Of a stretch of DNA of 64,000 bases, positions 19,920 through 29,695 are shown piece after piece. The translations under genes were made by a program, and so were the position numbers. The stretch covers positions 448,001-512,000 of the forward strand of contig CAWIIQ010000003.1 in the NCBI GenBank assembly GCA_963836185.1, given 5' to 3'. Within the stretch, counting starts at the first letter, position 1; each line of letters opens with the position of its first letter. Below the pieces are notes generated by a model, which made no database searches, had not been told where the DNA came from, and was given only the letters and a program-made list of their open reading frames with translations. This DNA is from Candidatus Krumholzibacteriia bacterium. Its GTDB lineage: Bacteria; Krumholzibacteriota; Krumholzibacteriia; Krumholzibacteriales; Krumholzibacteriaceae.

Positions 19920-22132
19920 TATTCCACCAGCTCCTCGATCTGGTCGGCGATCATCACGAGATACTTCGCCGACTCGCTGTGCGGCTTGTCGAATTCGATT
20001 CCCATAAGGGCCTCGGGGAAGTCCTCGACCGGCAGAAGGGTCGTGCGGGCGACTTTACCCTCGATATCGATTATGTCCTGGCCGACGATGACCCTCATCT
20101 TCACCGGGTCGCCCGGTTCGACGGGGATCTCGGTGGCGATCATGCAGCCCGTCTCAGATACGTTTCTGATAGCCGAGTATCGCGGTTTCCTGTCGCCGTT
20201 CGTAACGACGGCGGGCAGCCAGGCCCGGACCCTCCGCGCCCTCTCGGGAATCTCCTCATCCTTCTTCAGTCGCCTGTCGAGGTATGTCTCGTATCTCGTC
20301 GAGTACTCGCTGAGAAACTTCGATACCGATGACGCTGAGAGGTAACGGGTGAGGCGGTCCCTTCGTGCTCGCGGCATGCCGTTGAGCTTTATGCCGAGCC
20401 TCGATGCGAGGTGGCCGTTAGCTTTGACCGTTCTGCTGTGCGTGATGTAGCCTTCCGTCTCGATGTTGCCGCCGGGCAGGATCAACTCGAGGCCGATCTT
20501 CCTGACGGCCGGAGCCTTATCGAGCGTCATTATAGAGATGCCCTCGTGTGTGAGGTTGTCGGCGACGGCGATCCGTTTCTCTCTGCCCTCGCCGTTCTCG
20601 TAGCGGTAGAACATCGGAACGTTGTCGGCGATCCGGAAATTCTCCCTCTTCTGGGAGAACTTCTTCCGCGCGTACTGTATGATCCCTATCCCCAGGCCGG
20701 TGTTGTAGAGGGCCCAGAGACTGTTGACTGCGATTATGAATTCGTCGCTCCGCTCGCCGAGCAGCAGGAAGGTAAGGGCCCAGACGATAGCGGTGATGCT
20801 TACGAGCACTACGACTATCTGCGGTATCAGATACCTTCCGGACGATCCACCGCTTCCCTTCGGCGTGACCGCGAACTTCCGCGACCGTTTCGGCATCAGG
20901 AAGGCGAAGAGCGAACTGAGGTATGTGATGAACTTGCCCATGCTGAACTGCTCGAGCAGCAGGTTCCCCCCGAATCCGCGTCCCATCTCATTGAAGGCGA
21001 ATATCGATATCGCGTAGTACGGTATGAAATGGAGGAGGTACTTTATATCGATCGCGTGCATCGGCAAGACGCCTGTGAACAGGATTATCGGCGGAGTGAC
21101 GTAGAAGACAAGCTTCTGGAATCCCTCGAAAGGATAGATCAGGCTCGCCAGGTAACAGAGGCGCTGCGGAAAGCTCAGCCCCTTTATGAAGAGGGGATTA
21201 GCCTTGAAGAAGACCTGCCAGCCGCCGAGCCCCCAGCGGCGCCGCTGGATGTGGAATGGCACGATCGTTTCGGCGGCGATACCGTAGGCGAGCGGTTCGT
21301 TGTGATAGACCGATCCCCACCCTTCCGACTGCAGCCTGATCGAGGTCATCATGTCCTCGGTGATCGAGTCGGTGGCGAAGCCGTCGATGTCGTCGAGCGC
21401 CTTCCTGCGGATGATCGCGCACGTGCCGACGAAGTAGGCGGCGTTCCAGTGATCCCTGCCGGGCTGGATGATGTAGTAGAAGAGCCCCTGCTCGGCCCAG
21501 ATGTATTTCTTCTCGGGAGCTACCCGGTGCTGGAACGAGTCGATATTGTAGAACTCCTGGGGCGCCTGCGCGAATCCGAGCTCGTCATCCTCGAAGTACC
21601 CGAGCAGGCGGTCGATGAAATGGGGCAGTGGGGCATGGTCGGCGTCGAATACCGCGACGAACTCCGCCTCGGAATGCTCGAGGCCGAAGTTGAGGTTTCC
21701 CGCTTTTGCGTTCTCGTGTTCCTCTCGGGCGAGGTATATGCAGCCGAGCTCCTCGCAGAGCTCGACGACTTCGTCGCGGCCGCCGTCGTCGAGGACGAGG
21801 GTCCTGTGGGGATATTTCAGGTCGTTGCAGGCGAGCAGGGTCTTACGTAGTACCTCGACCGGTTCGTTGATCGTCGGTATAAGGACGTCGACCGTCCTGT
21901 CCTCGAGCGGTTCGGGGGCCTCGCGCGTCTTCGGTTTCCAGACAGTGAAGTAGAAGAGGATCGTTGTGAAGAAGCCGAAGACTTCGGCGCACCAGAGCGA
22001 CCACGAGAAGAAGAGAGCGTTCGGATTGAACGTCTCTGTGACTCGCCAGTACAGGTAGTAGATCGTTACGGCGACCGCCAGTACGGCTATGACACGCCTG
22101 AAGCGTTCGCCTTTAAGGTTCCTGAAGTCCAT
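19919..22132 (-). CDS. Cellulose-synthase-like processive GT2 with two PilZ domains (BcsA-like)
   Basis: DDG, AKAGNLN, FDADH, TED, QRRRW; PilZ1 RENFR...NLTHEG; PilZ2 RARR..RVR...NVSETG. Confidence 0.9.
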   Translation of the reverse strand: MDFRNLKGERFRRVIAVLAVAVTIYYLYWRVTETFNPNALFFSWSLWCAEVFGFFTTILFYFTVWKPKTREAPEPLEDRTVDVLIPTINEPVEVLRKTLLACNDLKYPHRTLVLDDGGRDEVVELCEELGCIYLAREEHENAKAGNLNFGLEHSEAEFVAVFDADHAPLPHFIDRLLGYFEDDELGFAQAPQEFYNIDSFQHRVAPEKKYIWAEQGLFYYIIQPGRDHWNAAYFVGTCAIIRRKALDDIDGFATDSITEDMMTSIRLQSEGWGSVYHNEPLAYGIAAETIVPFHIQRRRWGLGGWQVFFKANPLFIKGLSFPQRLCYLASLIYPFEGFQKLVFYVTPPIILFTGVLPMHAIDIKYLLHFIPYYAISIFAFNEMGRGFGGNLLLEQFSMGKFITYLSSLFAFLMPKRSRKFAVTPKGSGGSSGRYLIPQIVVVLVSITAIVWALTFLLLGERSDEFIIAVNSLWALYNTGLGIGIIQYARKKFSQKRENFRIADNVPMFYRYENGEGREKRIAVADNLTHEGISIMTLDKAPAVRKIGLELILPGGNIETEGYITHSRTVKANGHLASRLGIKLNGMPRARRDRLTRYLSASSVSKFLSEYSTRYETYLDRRLKKDEEIPERARRVRAWLPAVVTNGDRKPRYSAIRNVSETGCMIATEIPVEPGDPVKMRVIVGQDIIDIEGKVARTTLLPVEDFPEALMGIEFDKPHSESAKYLVMIADQIEELVE

Positions 22133-22312
22133 GGCACAGATGCTCGTCTATTGAAGTATGACCTCAGGTCAGGGGGCAATTGAAAACTGCGAGATTCCCG
22201 TTGCGGCCCTGGACCCAATTGTTCGAACAACACCGTTCCCATTCGTGTGGGAACATGTCATAATTATACCATAGATCAACTGGTTATAACAATAGACGAG
22301 GAGGCGTAACGA

Positions 22313-22879
22313 ATGGCTGAACGTGTATGTCCATGGTGGATGGGGTACTTCCTCATGACTCCGTTCAGAAAATTAATCGAAAATCCCCGGAAAATCCTCT
22401 CTCCATTCGTGAAAAAGGGGATGAAAGTCCTCGAACCGGGGTGCGGGATGGGTTTTTTCACTATCGAGGCGGCCAGGCTGACAGGGCCGGAAGGCAGGGT
22501 CTACGCCGTCGATCTGCAGGAGAAGATGATCAGTGCCCTCGAGCGCCGTGTGCGCAGGGCGAAGATGTCAGATGTCATCGAGGCGAGGGTCTGCCCGGCC
22601 GATACGATGGATGTCGGTGACCTGGACGGATCGATCGACCTCGTCCTCGCCTTCTGCCTCGTTCACGAGGTGCCCGATGCTGACAGGCTCTTCAGGGAGT
22701 TCCGGCAGGCGCTGAAGTCCGATGGATGCTGTCTTGTAATCGAGCCACCAGGGCATGTCACGGAGGAGGCTTTCGAGGTGACGCTTGAAACTGCCCGAGC
22801 GGCTGGATTTACCATCAGCCCGGGGCCGGATTTAGGGAAGAACCTTACGGCTGTGCTGGAGCTGGAGATCGGGGAGTAA
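22313..22879 (+). CDS. Class I SAM-dependent methyltransferase
   Basis: VLEPGCGMGFF, YAVDLQ, HEVPD. Confidence 0.9.
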   Translation: MAERVCPWWMGYFLMTPFRKLIENPRKILSPFVKKGMKVLEPGCGMGFFTIEAARLTGPEGRVYAVDLQEKMISALERRVRRAKMSDVIEARVCPADTMDVGDLDGSIDLVLAFCLVHEVPDADRLFREFRQALKSDGCCLVIEPPGHVTEEAFEVTLETARAAGFTISPGPDLGKNLTAVLELEIGE

Positions 22880-22880
22880 G

Positions 22881-23954
22881 ATGGATCTGGAAATACTTGG
22901 TTGGGATTCGCAGTTAAGCGCTGCATTCGAGGCATATCAGGGGGATGACTATGTCCCTTTGCGGGTAACAAGGGATAATCGAAACATATATTCGGCCATC
23001 GGTGAATCTGGCGAATACTGGTGTGAAGTTTCCGGCAAATTCAGGTATGGCACCGGGGAAAAGAGCGGTTATCCCGTTGTCGGTGACTGGGTGGCAGTAA
23101 CGACACGGCCAGATGAAAAGAAAGCCACCATTCACGCGATACTCCCCAGAAAAAACAGGTTCAGCAGGAAAGTGGCCGGCGAAGTCACAGACGAACAGGT
23201 GATCGCCACAAATATCGACACTGTATTTATTGTTACCGGGTTGGATGAAAACTACAACCTGAGGCGGATCGAACGATATCTTTCGGTCGCCTGGGACAGC
23301 GGGATCATCCCTGTTATCCTTTTGAATAAATCTGATCTTTGCCCCGAGTACGATGCCCGGGTGAATGAAGTCGAATCGATCGCGATCGGAACGGACGTGC
23401 TGGCTGTCAGCGCGCTGGAATCAACAGGAATAGATTGCCTGGATAAGTATATCAGGAAAGGGAAGACCGTAGCCTTTTTAGGATCATCCGGAGTGGGGAA
23501 ATCGACGATAATCAACTCACTTCTCGGCACCGAATATATGAAGGTCAACGAAGTGAATGAAACGGGAAGCAGGGGGCGGCATACTACTACCCACCGTGAA
23601 CTTATAGTCCTGCCGGACGGGGGAATGGTGATCGATACTCCCGGTATGCGTGAGTTGCAGGTCTGGGGTGATGAAGACGGGTTGAGACAGGTATTCGAAG
23701 ATATTGAACGCCTGGCGGAATCCTGTCAGTTCCGGGACTGTAATCATGAAGCCGAACCGGGCTGCGCGGTGCGGGAAGCCCTGGAGACCAATACACTGTC
23801 AGCTGAACGATTCGAAAGTTATCTGAAACTGAAAAAGGAATACGAATATCTGGCAAGCAGGCAGACGATGAAACCAAGCGCGATCGAGAAAGCTAAATGG
23901 AAAGACATCAAGATATTTGCCAGGCATATCAAGAACCGGGATAAACACAGATAG
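22881..23954 (+). CDS. rsgA: Ribosome small subunit-dependent GTPase A
   Basis: Circularly permuted GTPase NKSD, GSSGVGKS, GRHTT, DTPG; Zn finger CQFRDCNHEAEPGC. Confidence 0.97.
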   Translation: MDLEILGWDSQLSAAFEAYQGDDYVPLRVTRDNRNIYSAIGESGEYWCEVSGKFRYGTGEKSGYPVVGDWVAVTTRPDEKKATIHAILPRKNRFSRKVAGEVTDEQVIATNIDTVFIVTGLDENYNLRRIERYLSVAWDSGIIPVILLNKSDLCPEYDARVNEVESIAIGTDVLAVSALESTGIDCLDKYIRKGKTVAFLGSSGVGKSTIINSLLGTEYMKVNEVNETGSRGRHTTTHRELIVLPDGGMVIDTPGMRELQVWGDEDGLRQVFEDIERLAESCQFRDCNHEAEPGCAVREALETNTLSAERFESYLKLKKEYEYLASRQTMKPSAIEKAKWKDIKIFARHIKNRDKHR

Positions 23955-23975
23955 AATCGGATTCGTGTAGGATTG

Positions 23976-25175
23976 TCAGCGATCCGGACCGAGGAGATGC
24001 CCGTCGAAGTCGAACTGGAAGTTCATGTAGAGGATGTCGTCGTCGATATCTGACTCGAATTCGTTTGTTGCCTGCTTGCTGACGTAATTGAGCTGGAGCC
24101 TCAGGTGTTCCATAGGTGACCAGTTGATCCCCGCTGTCCAGTCATCCTGTATCGTCTCGTTTCCATCCTGTCCAGACTCGCTGACAAACCGGTCGAATCT
24201 CACGGCCAGCTCAAGACGGCCCTTGAATAGCGGCCAGACCCCCTGAATCCCCCATCCCGAGTAGTCATAGAGGTATTGAACGGCATCGAAGTAGTCGTCC
24301 ATCTCACCGGCGCCGTAGAATCCGTAGAGCCGCGGCGCGTGCTCGTGCCCGATTGCGATGTCGGCCGACCATACCTTCCGGTCGATATCCATCACCGGCC
24401 CGCGGTCGCCGAGCAGAACGTCGCTGTGGCTGTTGTAGCTCGCGTGAAAGCCAGCGGTAAGCCAGTGAGTAGGATCGAACTCGAGCCGTCCCCCGTAGTA
24501 CATGTCGCCAAACGAATTGGTGTAGAGGAACTCCTCATTCTCACGCCCCCCGATATACCTGTTGGCGCCCATCCCGTTTCCCGCCATCAGGAACCACCGG
24601 ATCTCCCACTGCCTGCCGCCCGGATACGCTCCCTTGATGGCAAGCCCGAGGTCCCTGTCGTACGACTTCGCTGACATGACCGAAGATATGTAGGGGGTCC
24701 TGGTCATCGAATAGTCCCCGACCCTCCTGCCGAATGTCGTCCTCGACGCGAAATCGAGATCGTTATAGGCAGTGAGCACCTCGGCGGTCGAGGGAAACTT
24801 CATCTGCCCGATATACAGCCTGAAATACTCGGCAGGGAGCCAGCCGCCGTAGAAATCGACGACATCTGTCCTCTCCTCGAGCCGGATCCGCAGGAGGAGC
24901 TGGAGGTCGCCCTTCGGGGATCCGAGGATGAATGCGATACGGCCGTGCCTGAAGGCGAATCCGGAGGCATAGCTGTCAGCCTGGTCCCCGCTTCCCGGCT
25001 GGACCAGTCCGTTCTGGACCTGCTCGTAGATCGTCCACCAGAAACTCGCCGTCGCTTCCATGTCGAGGGTCGGGGATGAACCCGCGTCCTCATCCGCCGC
25101 TGCCGGACAGGGAAGGGCCGCCTGGAGCAGCAGGGCTGCCAGGACAGGTATAAGATATGAACGCACATTTATCAT
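23976..25175 (-). CDS. Porin (OprO/OprP-like outer-membrane beta-barrel)
   Basis: Signal peptide, IGQMKFP, DRDLG, YYGGRLEF, LAVRFD, TAGINW, LQLNY. Confidence 0.75.
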   Translation of the reverse strand: MINVRSYLIPVLAALLLQAALPCPAAADEDAGSSPTLDMEATASFWWTIYEQVQNGLVQPGSGDQADSYASGFAFRHGRIAFILGSPKGDLQLLLRIRLEERTDVVDFYGGWLPAEYFRLYIGQMKFPSTAEVLTAYNDLDFASRTTFGRRVGDYSMTRTPYISSVMSAKSYDRDLGLAIKGAYPGGRQWEIRWFLMAGNGMGANRYIGGRENEEFLYTNSFGDMYYGGRLEFDPTHWLTAGFHASYNSHSDVLLGDRGPVMDIDRKVWSADIAIGHEHAPRLYGFYGAGEMDDYFDAVQYLYDYSGWGIQGVWPLFKGRLELAVRFDRFVSESGQDGNETIQDDWTAGINWSPMEHLRLQLNYVSKQATNEFESDIDDDILYMNFQFDFDGHLLGPDR

Positions 25176-25177
25176 TT

Positions 25178-26418
25178 CTATTCCGCTGGTACTCCGTGTC
25201 CGTAGATCAGGATCGCGTTCTCATCGATCAGGGCCCATCCGCCGTTTATGATGTCGAACTCCTCGCATCCTGACGGCATCGGGTTGATCCGGATTATCAC
25301 GGCCCCCTTGATCATGCTTCCCGCGTTGTGGTCCTTGAAATCGTCGAAATCCCACTCGAGCAGGGTGCATCCGGTGTTGTCCTGGTTCTTGCCCCTGTCG
25401 GGAGTGTTGTATTCATCGGTGGCCGAGCCGGGGGGGATGATATTTCTCAAGCGGGCCCTCCCCGTTGATCCTGCCTGTGACAGGATCTAGGTACGACGCT
25501 TCGAGGGGGGCGCCGTCGCGCTCCCAGGCGAGTATGTGCCACTGCTCGTGACCGGTCTCGGCGCCGATCCAGTCCCCGTTACCGAGGCCGTATGTTTCGG
25601 GGGGATACTCGACAAAGGCGCAGTCGGTGCCGAGGGCATCTGCGTCGAACCCTGCCCAGAACCGGTGATCGGGATACTCCTGCGTGATCTGCTCTATCGT
25701 GAACGAGCGGGCATATCCGTCGGGAGCGAGGATATCGACGCTCGTCGCGCCGGTCAGGTCGACCCCGACTTCTGAAAGCAGGTCGACGATCTTGACCCCG
25801 GTATATGTCGCGTAATAGTCGTACTGCTGCTTCGTCGTGTTTGCCAGCCCGAACTGCGTATGGGATAGGCATCTCGAGCAGATCGGCCATCGTAACCTTT
25901 ACCGTCGCGCAGAGCTCCAGGCCGGGATAGCTTCCCGCGTCACCGGGGTATCTCAGGTCGTCTATCTCTTCATCATTGTCGAAGCCGTCTCCATCACTGT
26001 CCAGGCCATCGATCGCCGCCAGCGCCGCGCCGTCCCTGCCGGCATCGTCATAAGCTGTTCCGTAGGGATTCAGGGTCTCGGCGAAGCTCGTCGGCAGGCC
26101 TGTCCATCCAGCCGGCGGATGTATCACGAAGTGGCAGTAATCGCAGGGATTCGCCGTGACGGGGCCCCTGTCGCTTGTGACCTCGCCTCCTTTGTGGCAG
26201 GTCTGGCAGTCATCGAGGCGTGTTCCCACCGTGTGGGGGTTGGCCTTGACGAAGTTGTTGATGTCGGTGTCCGAGGCGTGCCCCTGGTATGACCGCGAGG
26301 ACCTGATCTCATCGGGAGCGAGAGGGTCGTCATCGGAACAGTTGATAAGAAGCCCCATGGCCAGTGCCAGGAGGGGCAGGATGATAAACTGTGATCGAAA
26401 GCGCTGCGGGACCCTCAT
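25178..26418 (-). CDS. GEGP-motif diheme cytochrome c lipoprotein, frameshifts near 25865 and 25450
   Basis: Lipobox LINC; CQTCH and CDYCH heme motifs; DSDGDG; manual translation gives SYLDPVTGRINGEGP just before the last segment (..DHNAG..IYG). Confidence 0.75.
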
Positions 26419-26469
26419 CGATACCTTCCTTTGGGACAGAGCGATATGCACAAAAACGCATAACGGTAA

Positions 26470-26540
26470 TAAAAAGTAATCCGGCTCGTGTTCGCCGGTC
26501 TTCTCCGGGCAGTTCCCGAAGCGAAAGATTACCTTTCGGG
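26470..26540 (-). promoter_or_regulatory. Candidate structured leader/attenuator upstream of the diheme gene
   Basis: Two hairpins enclosed by GTAATC/GATTAC followed by a T tract; alternative hairpin CGAAAG/CTTTCG. Confidence 0.35.
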
Positions 26541-26665
26541 CCGGTCCGAATCAAGGACAAAGTGGCTTGTAAATATTCTTGTTTGTTGAATATCCACCGG
26601 AAGAGGTGTATAATAGTCTGAAATCACTTGCTTACTTCACTGGTCTGAAACATCGGAGGACTGAG

Positions 26666-27715
26666 ATGAAAAGAATGACGATCCTTGCCGCCGCGCTGAT
26701 CATACCGGCGGCGCTTCTGTTTTATGGAGGCTGCAGTAACGACGACAGCCCTGTCGCTGGCGACGCTTCAATGAGTTTCGCAAGCTTCGAGAGCATGGAC
26801 TACGGTCCGGACACATTGACGATATACAGCGGTATGGATACGTGCGGCGGCGTCGATGAAGAGATCACGGTGACCGTTCCGCCTCTCGAGGCGATATGGC
26901 CGGCCCTGGTGGGCGGCGGCGGACTGGCGCCGGATTGTTCCTGCGACGTGACTGGCGACAGGCTTCCCAATTCAATGCCCGTCACTACGCATGACATGAC
27001 AGACTCGCTCGGCATATTCGAGACGACGTTCATGCTTCCCGACGGGATCTCCGGCATCTCGATGGATCTCAAGGTCATCGCCGATGACGGCGCTGAGATC
27101 TACCTCAACGACACACACATCGGTACGGCCAGCATTAACGGCGGAGTATGGGAGAGGACGGTCCCGGTCGATTCTCTCTTCAACTATATCCCGGACACAT
27201 GCCCTGCGGGCGGCGAACCGTGCAGCACAATCTCGAAGATCAATACTCTGAGATTCGAGCTGGTCAACACCGGTACCGGCGATTTCGGTGAACCGGTCGC
27301 GCGAGCCGATACGGCGGACTGCATGTATGTCCAGTTCGAGGCCGAGATCACATGGATGGCGGCTCCGGATGTCACGATCGACATCAAGCCGGGAAGCGAC
27401 AGGAATCCGGTTAACTGCAACGGCAAGGGGAACGGGGTCATCCCGGTCGCGATCCTGACGACCGACGGATTTGACGCACAGGCCGTCGACTGTATGACGG
27501 TGAGGTTCGGCCCTCTCGGCGCGTACGAGACCCACGGCAAGTGCCATCTCAGCGATGTCGATGATGACGGTGACCTCGACATGATGCTCCACTTCCGCAG
27601 GAACGAGACGGGAGTCGCGTGCGGCGACACGATGATGACCCTGTGGGGCATGACACTCGACGGGTTCGAGTTCGAGGCCTGGGATCATATACGATACCGT
27701 GCGACGCGACGATGA
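26666..27715 (+). CDS. Lipoprotein with jelly-roll-like domain and C-terminal IDIKPG domain
   Basis: GGAGG RBS, lipobox YGGC; ADDGAEIYLN; IDIKPGS..GVIPVAIL..DVDDDGDLDM Ca-binding-like loop. Confidence 0.7.
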   Translation: MKRMTILAAALIIPAALLFYGGCSNDDSPVAGDASMSFASFESMDYGPDTLTIYSGMDTCGGVDEEITVTVPPLEAIWPALVGGGGLAPDCSCDVTGDRLPNSMPVTTHDMTDSLGIFETTFMLPDGISGISMDLKVIADDGAEIYLNDTHIGTASINGGVWERTVPVDSLFNYIPDTCPAGGEPCSTISKINTLRFELVNTGTGDFGEPVARADTADCMYVQFEAEITWMAAPDVTIDIKPGSDRNPVNCNGKGNGVIPVAILTTDGFDAQAVDCMTVRFGPLGAYETHGKCHLSDVDDDGDLDMMLHFRRNETGVACGDTMMTLWGMTLDGFEFEAWDHIRYRATRR

Positions 27716-27768
27716 CGATATGACGACTGACAGGTAACCGCCGCCCCTGTTCACCGATTGCGGCGATG

Positions 27769-27811
27769 CCCCGGTATCCGGCCCTGCGGCCGGGCACCGG
27801 GGCTTTTTTTG
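27769..27811 (+). terminator. Rho-independent terminator
   Basis: ccccggt-atccggcc-ctgc-ggccgggc-accgggg followed by cttttttgt. Confidence 0.8.
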
Positions 27812-28027
27812 TCTTTCGCGGGAACAATACTCCTGGATCCCGGTATAAGTCTCCTGTAGGACAGGCAGAGCGCCGCAAAACGGCATTTTGGGGTTGAAAC
27901 GCAACGCCGGGGGCCGTTAGAATTCTGCACCTGTTTATGAAACGGCAGAAACAGGGGCGCCCGCACCGCCGGACGCCTCTTTGCGACAGCGGAACCTATA
28001 ATCAAACAAAAAGGAAAGGAGCCGTGC

Positions 28028-28967
28028 ATGATCGAGATTTCAGGACTGACGAGATACTACGGCGACCTTTGCGCCCTCGATCATATCAGCCTGACGATCG
28101 AGAGAGGAAAGATCCTCGGGCTGCTCGGGCCGAACGGGGCCGGAAAGACGACCGCGATGCGGATTCTTACCGGCTTTCTCGCACCGACTGAGGGCACGGT
28201 CACCGTGAAGGGGCATTCGATCGACAGCGAGATGCTCGAGATCAAGAAACTGATCGGGTATCTTCCCGAGTCTGCCCCTGTATACCAGGACATGCTCGTC
28301 TACGACTATCTCCAGTACGTCGCCGATATCCGCGAGATGCCGGCGGGAGAGCCGGGAAGACAGGATAAGGGAGATCGCCGCGATATGCGGCCTCGAGAGC
28401 GTGATGCACAGGTCGATCCACGAGCTTTCAAAAGGGTACAAGCAGCGGGTCGGGCTTGCTCACGCGATGATGAGCGATCCGGAGATCCTTATCCTCGATG
28501 AGCCCACTACAGGCCTCGACCCGAACCAGATCGTCGAGATCCGTGACATCATAAAGAAGATAGGCCGTGAGAAGACGGTCATCCTCTCGACTCACATCCT
28601 CAGCGAGGTCGAGGCGACCTGCGACCGGGTCGTCATCATCAACCAGGGGAGGATCGTCGCTGACGGCTCGACCGAGGAGATCAGGCGCACGACGGCGGAG
28701 GATTACTCGATAAGCCTCCTGCTCAAGGGCGCTCCGGAAAGCGAAGCGATGCAGCTCTTCGAGGGCGTCGAGGGTGTCGCCTCTGTAGACGCGAGCGGGG
28801 AGGGCGGCATGACGCGCCTGCGCCTCTCCTGCATGACGGGCGATGACCTTCGCGAGCAGGTCTATTCGCGGGTCAAGACGAAGGACTGGGCGCTTCTCGA
28901 GCTTACGCGGGAAGCGAAGAGCTTCGAGAGCATCTTCAGTGAACTGACACAGGAAAAGGAGGGTTGA
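28028..28967 (+). CDS. ABC transporter ATP-binding protein (GldA-like), frameshift near 28360
   Basis: GPNGAGKTT in first ORF; LSKGYKQR, ILDEP and STH in second. Confidence 0.88.
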
Positions 28968-28968
28968 G

Positions 28969-29683
28969 ATGACGGCCGCGGCAAATACAATGCATATATT
29001 CAGGCGGGAGTTCAGGCACTACTTCGTGTACTCCGATCGCCTACATCGTGATAGCGATATTCCTCGTGCTGACAGGCTGGTTCTTCTTTTCGACCTTCTT
29101 CCTGTACAGCCAGGCGGAGCTGAGGAATTTCTTCTCTCTTCTTCCGTTGATATTCTCGTTCATCATTCCGACGATCACGATGAGGCTCTTCTCCGAGGAG
29201 TACAATGTCGGCTCGTACGAGATACTCGTCACGATGCCGGTGACCGATCGCGATATCATCCTCGGCAAGTTCTTCGCCGCGCTGGCTTTCATCGCGGTGA
29301 TGCTCCTGCCGACGCTCAGCTACGCGATCTCGGTCTCCTTCCTCGGCGATCTCGACTGGGGGCCGGTCATCGGAGGATATGTCGGGGCGCTCCTGCTCGG
29401 AGCGGCCTTCTGCGCCGTCGGGCTCTTCGCCTCGGCGCTGACGAAGAACCAGATCATCGCCTTCATCATCGGGATGATCATCTGCTTCGCCCTGACGATG
29501 GTCGACAAGATACTCTTTTTCCTCCCCGAGTCGATGCTCGGATTCTTCCAGTTTATCGGGGCGGACTATCATTTCGAGAACGTGGCGAGGGGAATACTCG
29601 ACACGAGAGACATCCTTTACTTTGTGAGCGTCGTATTCGTGGCGCTCTACGGAACATTCCTGGTGCTCCAGGAAAAGAAATAG
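28969..29683 (+). CDS. ABC-2 permease (GldF-like), frameshift near 29030
   Basis: IFRREFRHYF..PIAY; TMRLFSEE..G..E.L.T.P; ILGKF; LTKNQIIAF; HFENVARG. Confidence 0.88.
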
Positions 29684-29695
29684 GAAGGGGGAGAG

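Noticed and set aside
20411-21850. 479-aa plus-strand ORF, and similar long antisense ORFs at 18507, 30000 and 37642
   Set aside because: Opposite well-supported genes; expected in GC3-biased DNA; no motifs.
22133-22312. c-di-GMP riboswitch upstream of the PilZ-containing GT2
   Set aside because: Class I and II consensus elements were not recognisable by eye.
26480-26545. Cobalamin or Moco riboswitch
   Set aside because: Only short GGGAA and AGAAGACC matches; B12 box and Moco core motifs absent. Kept only as an unnamed structured leader.
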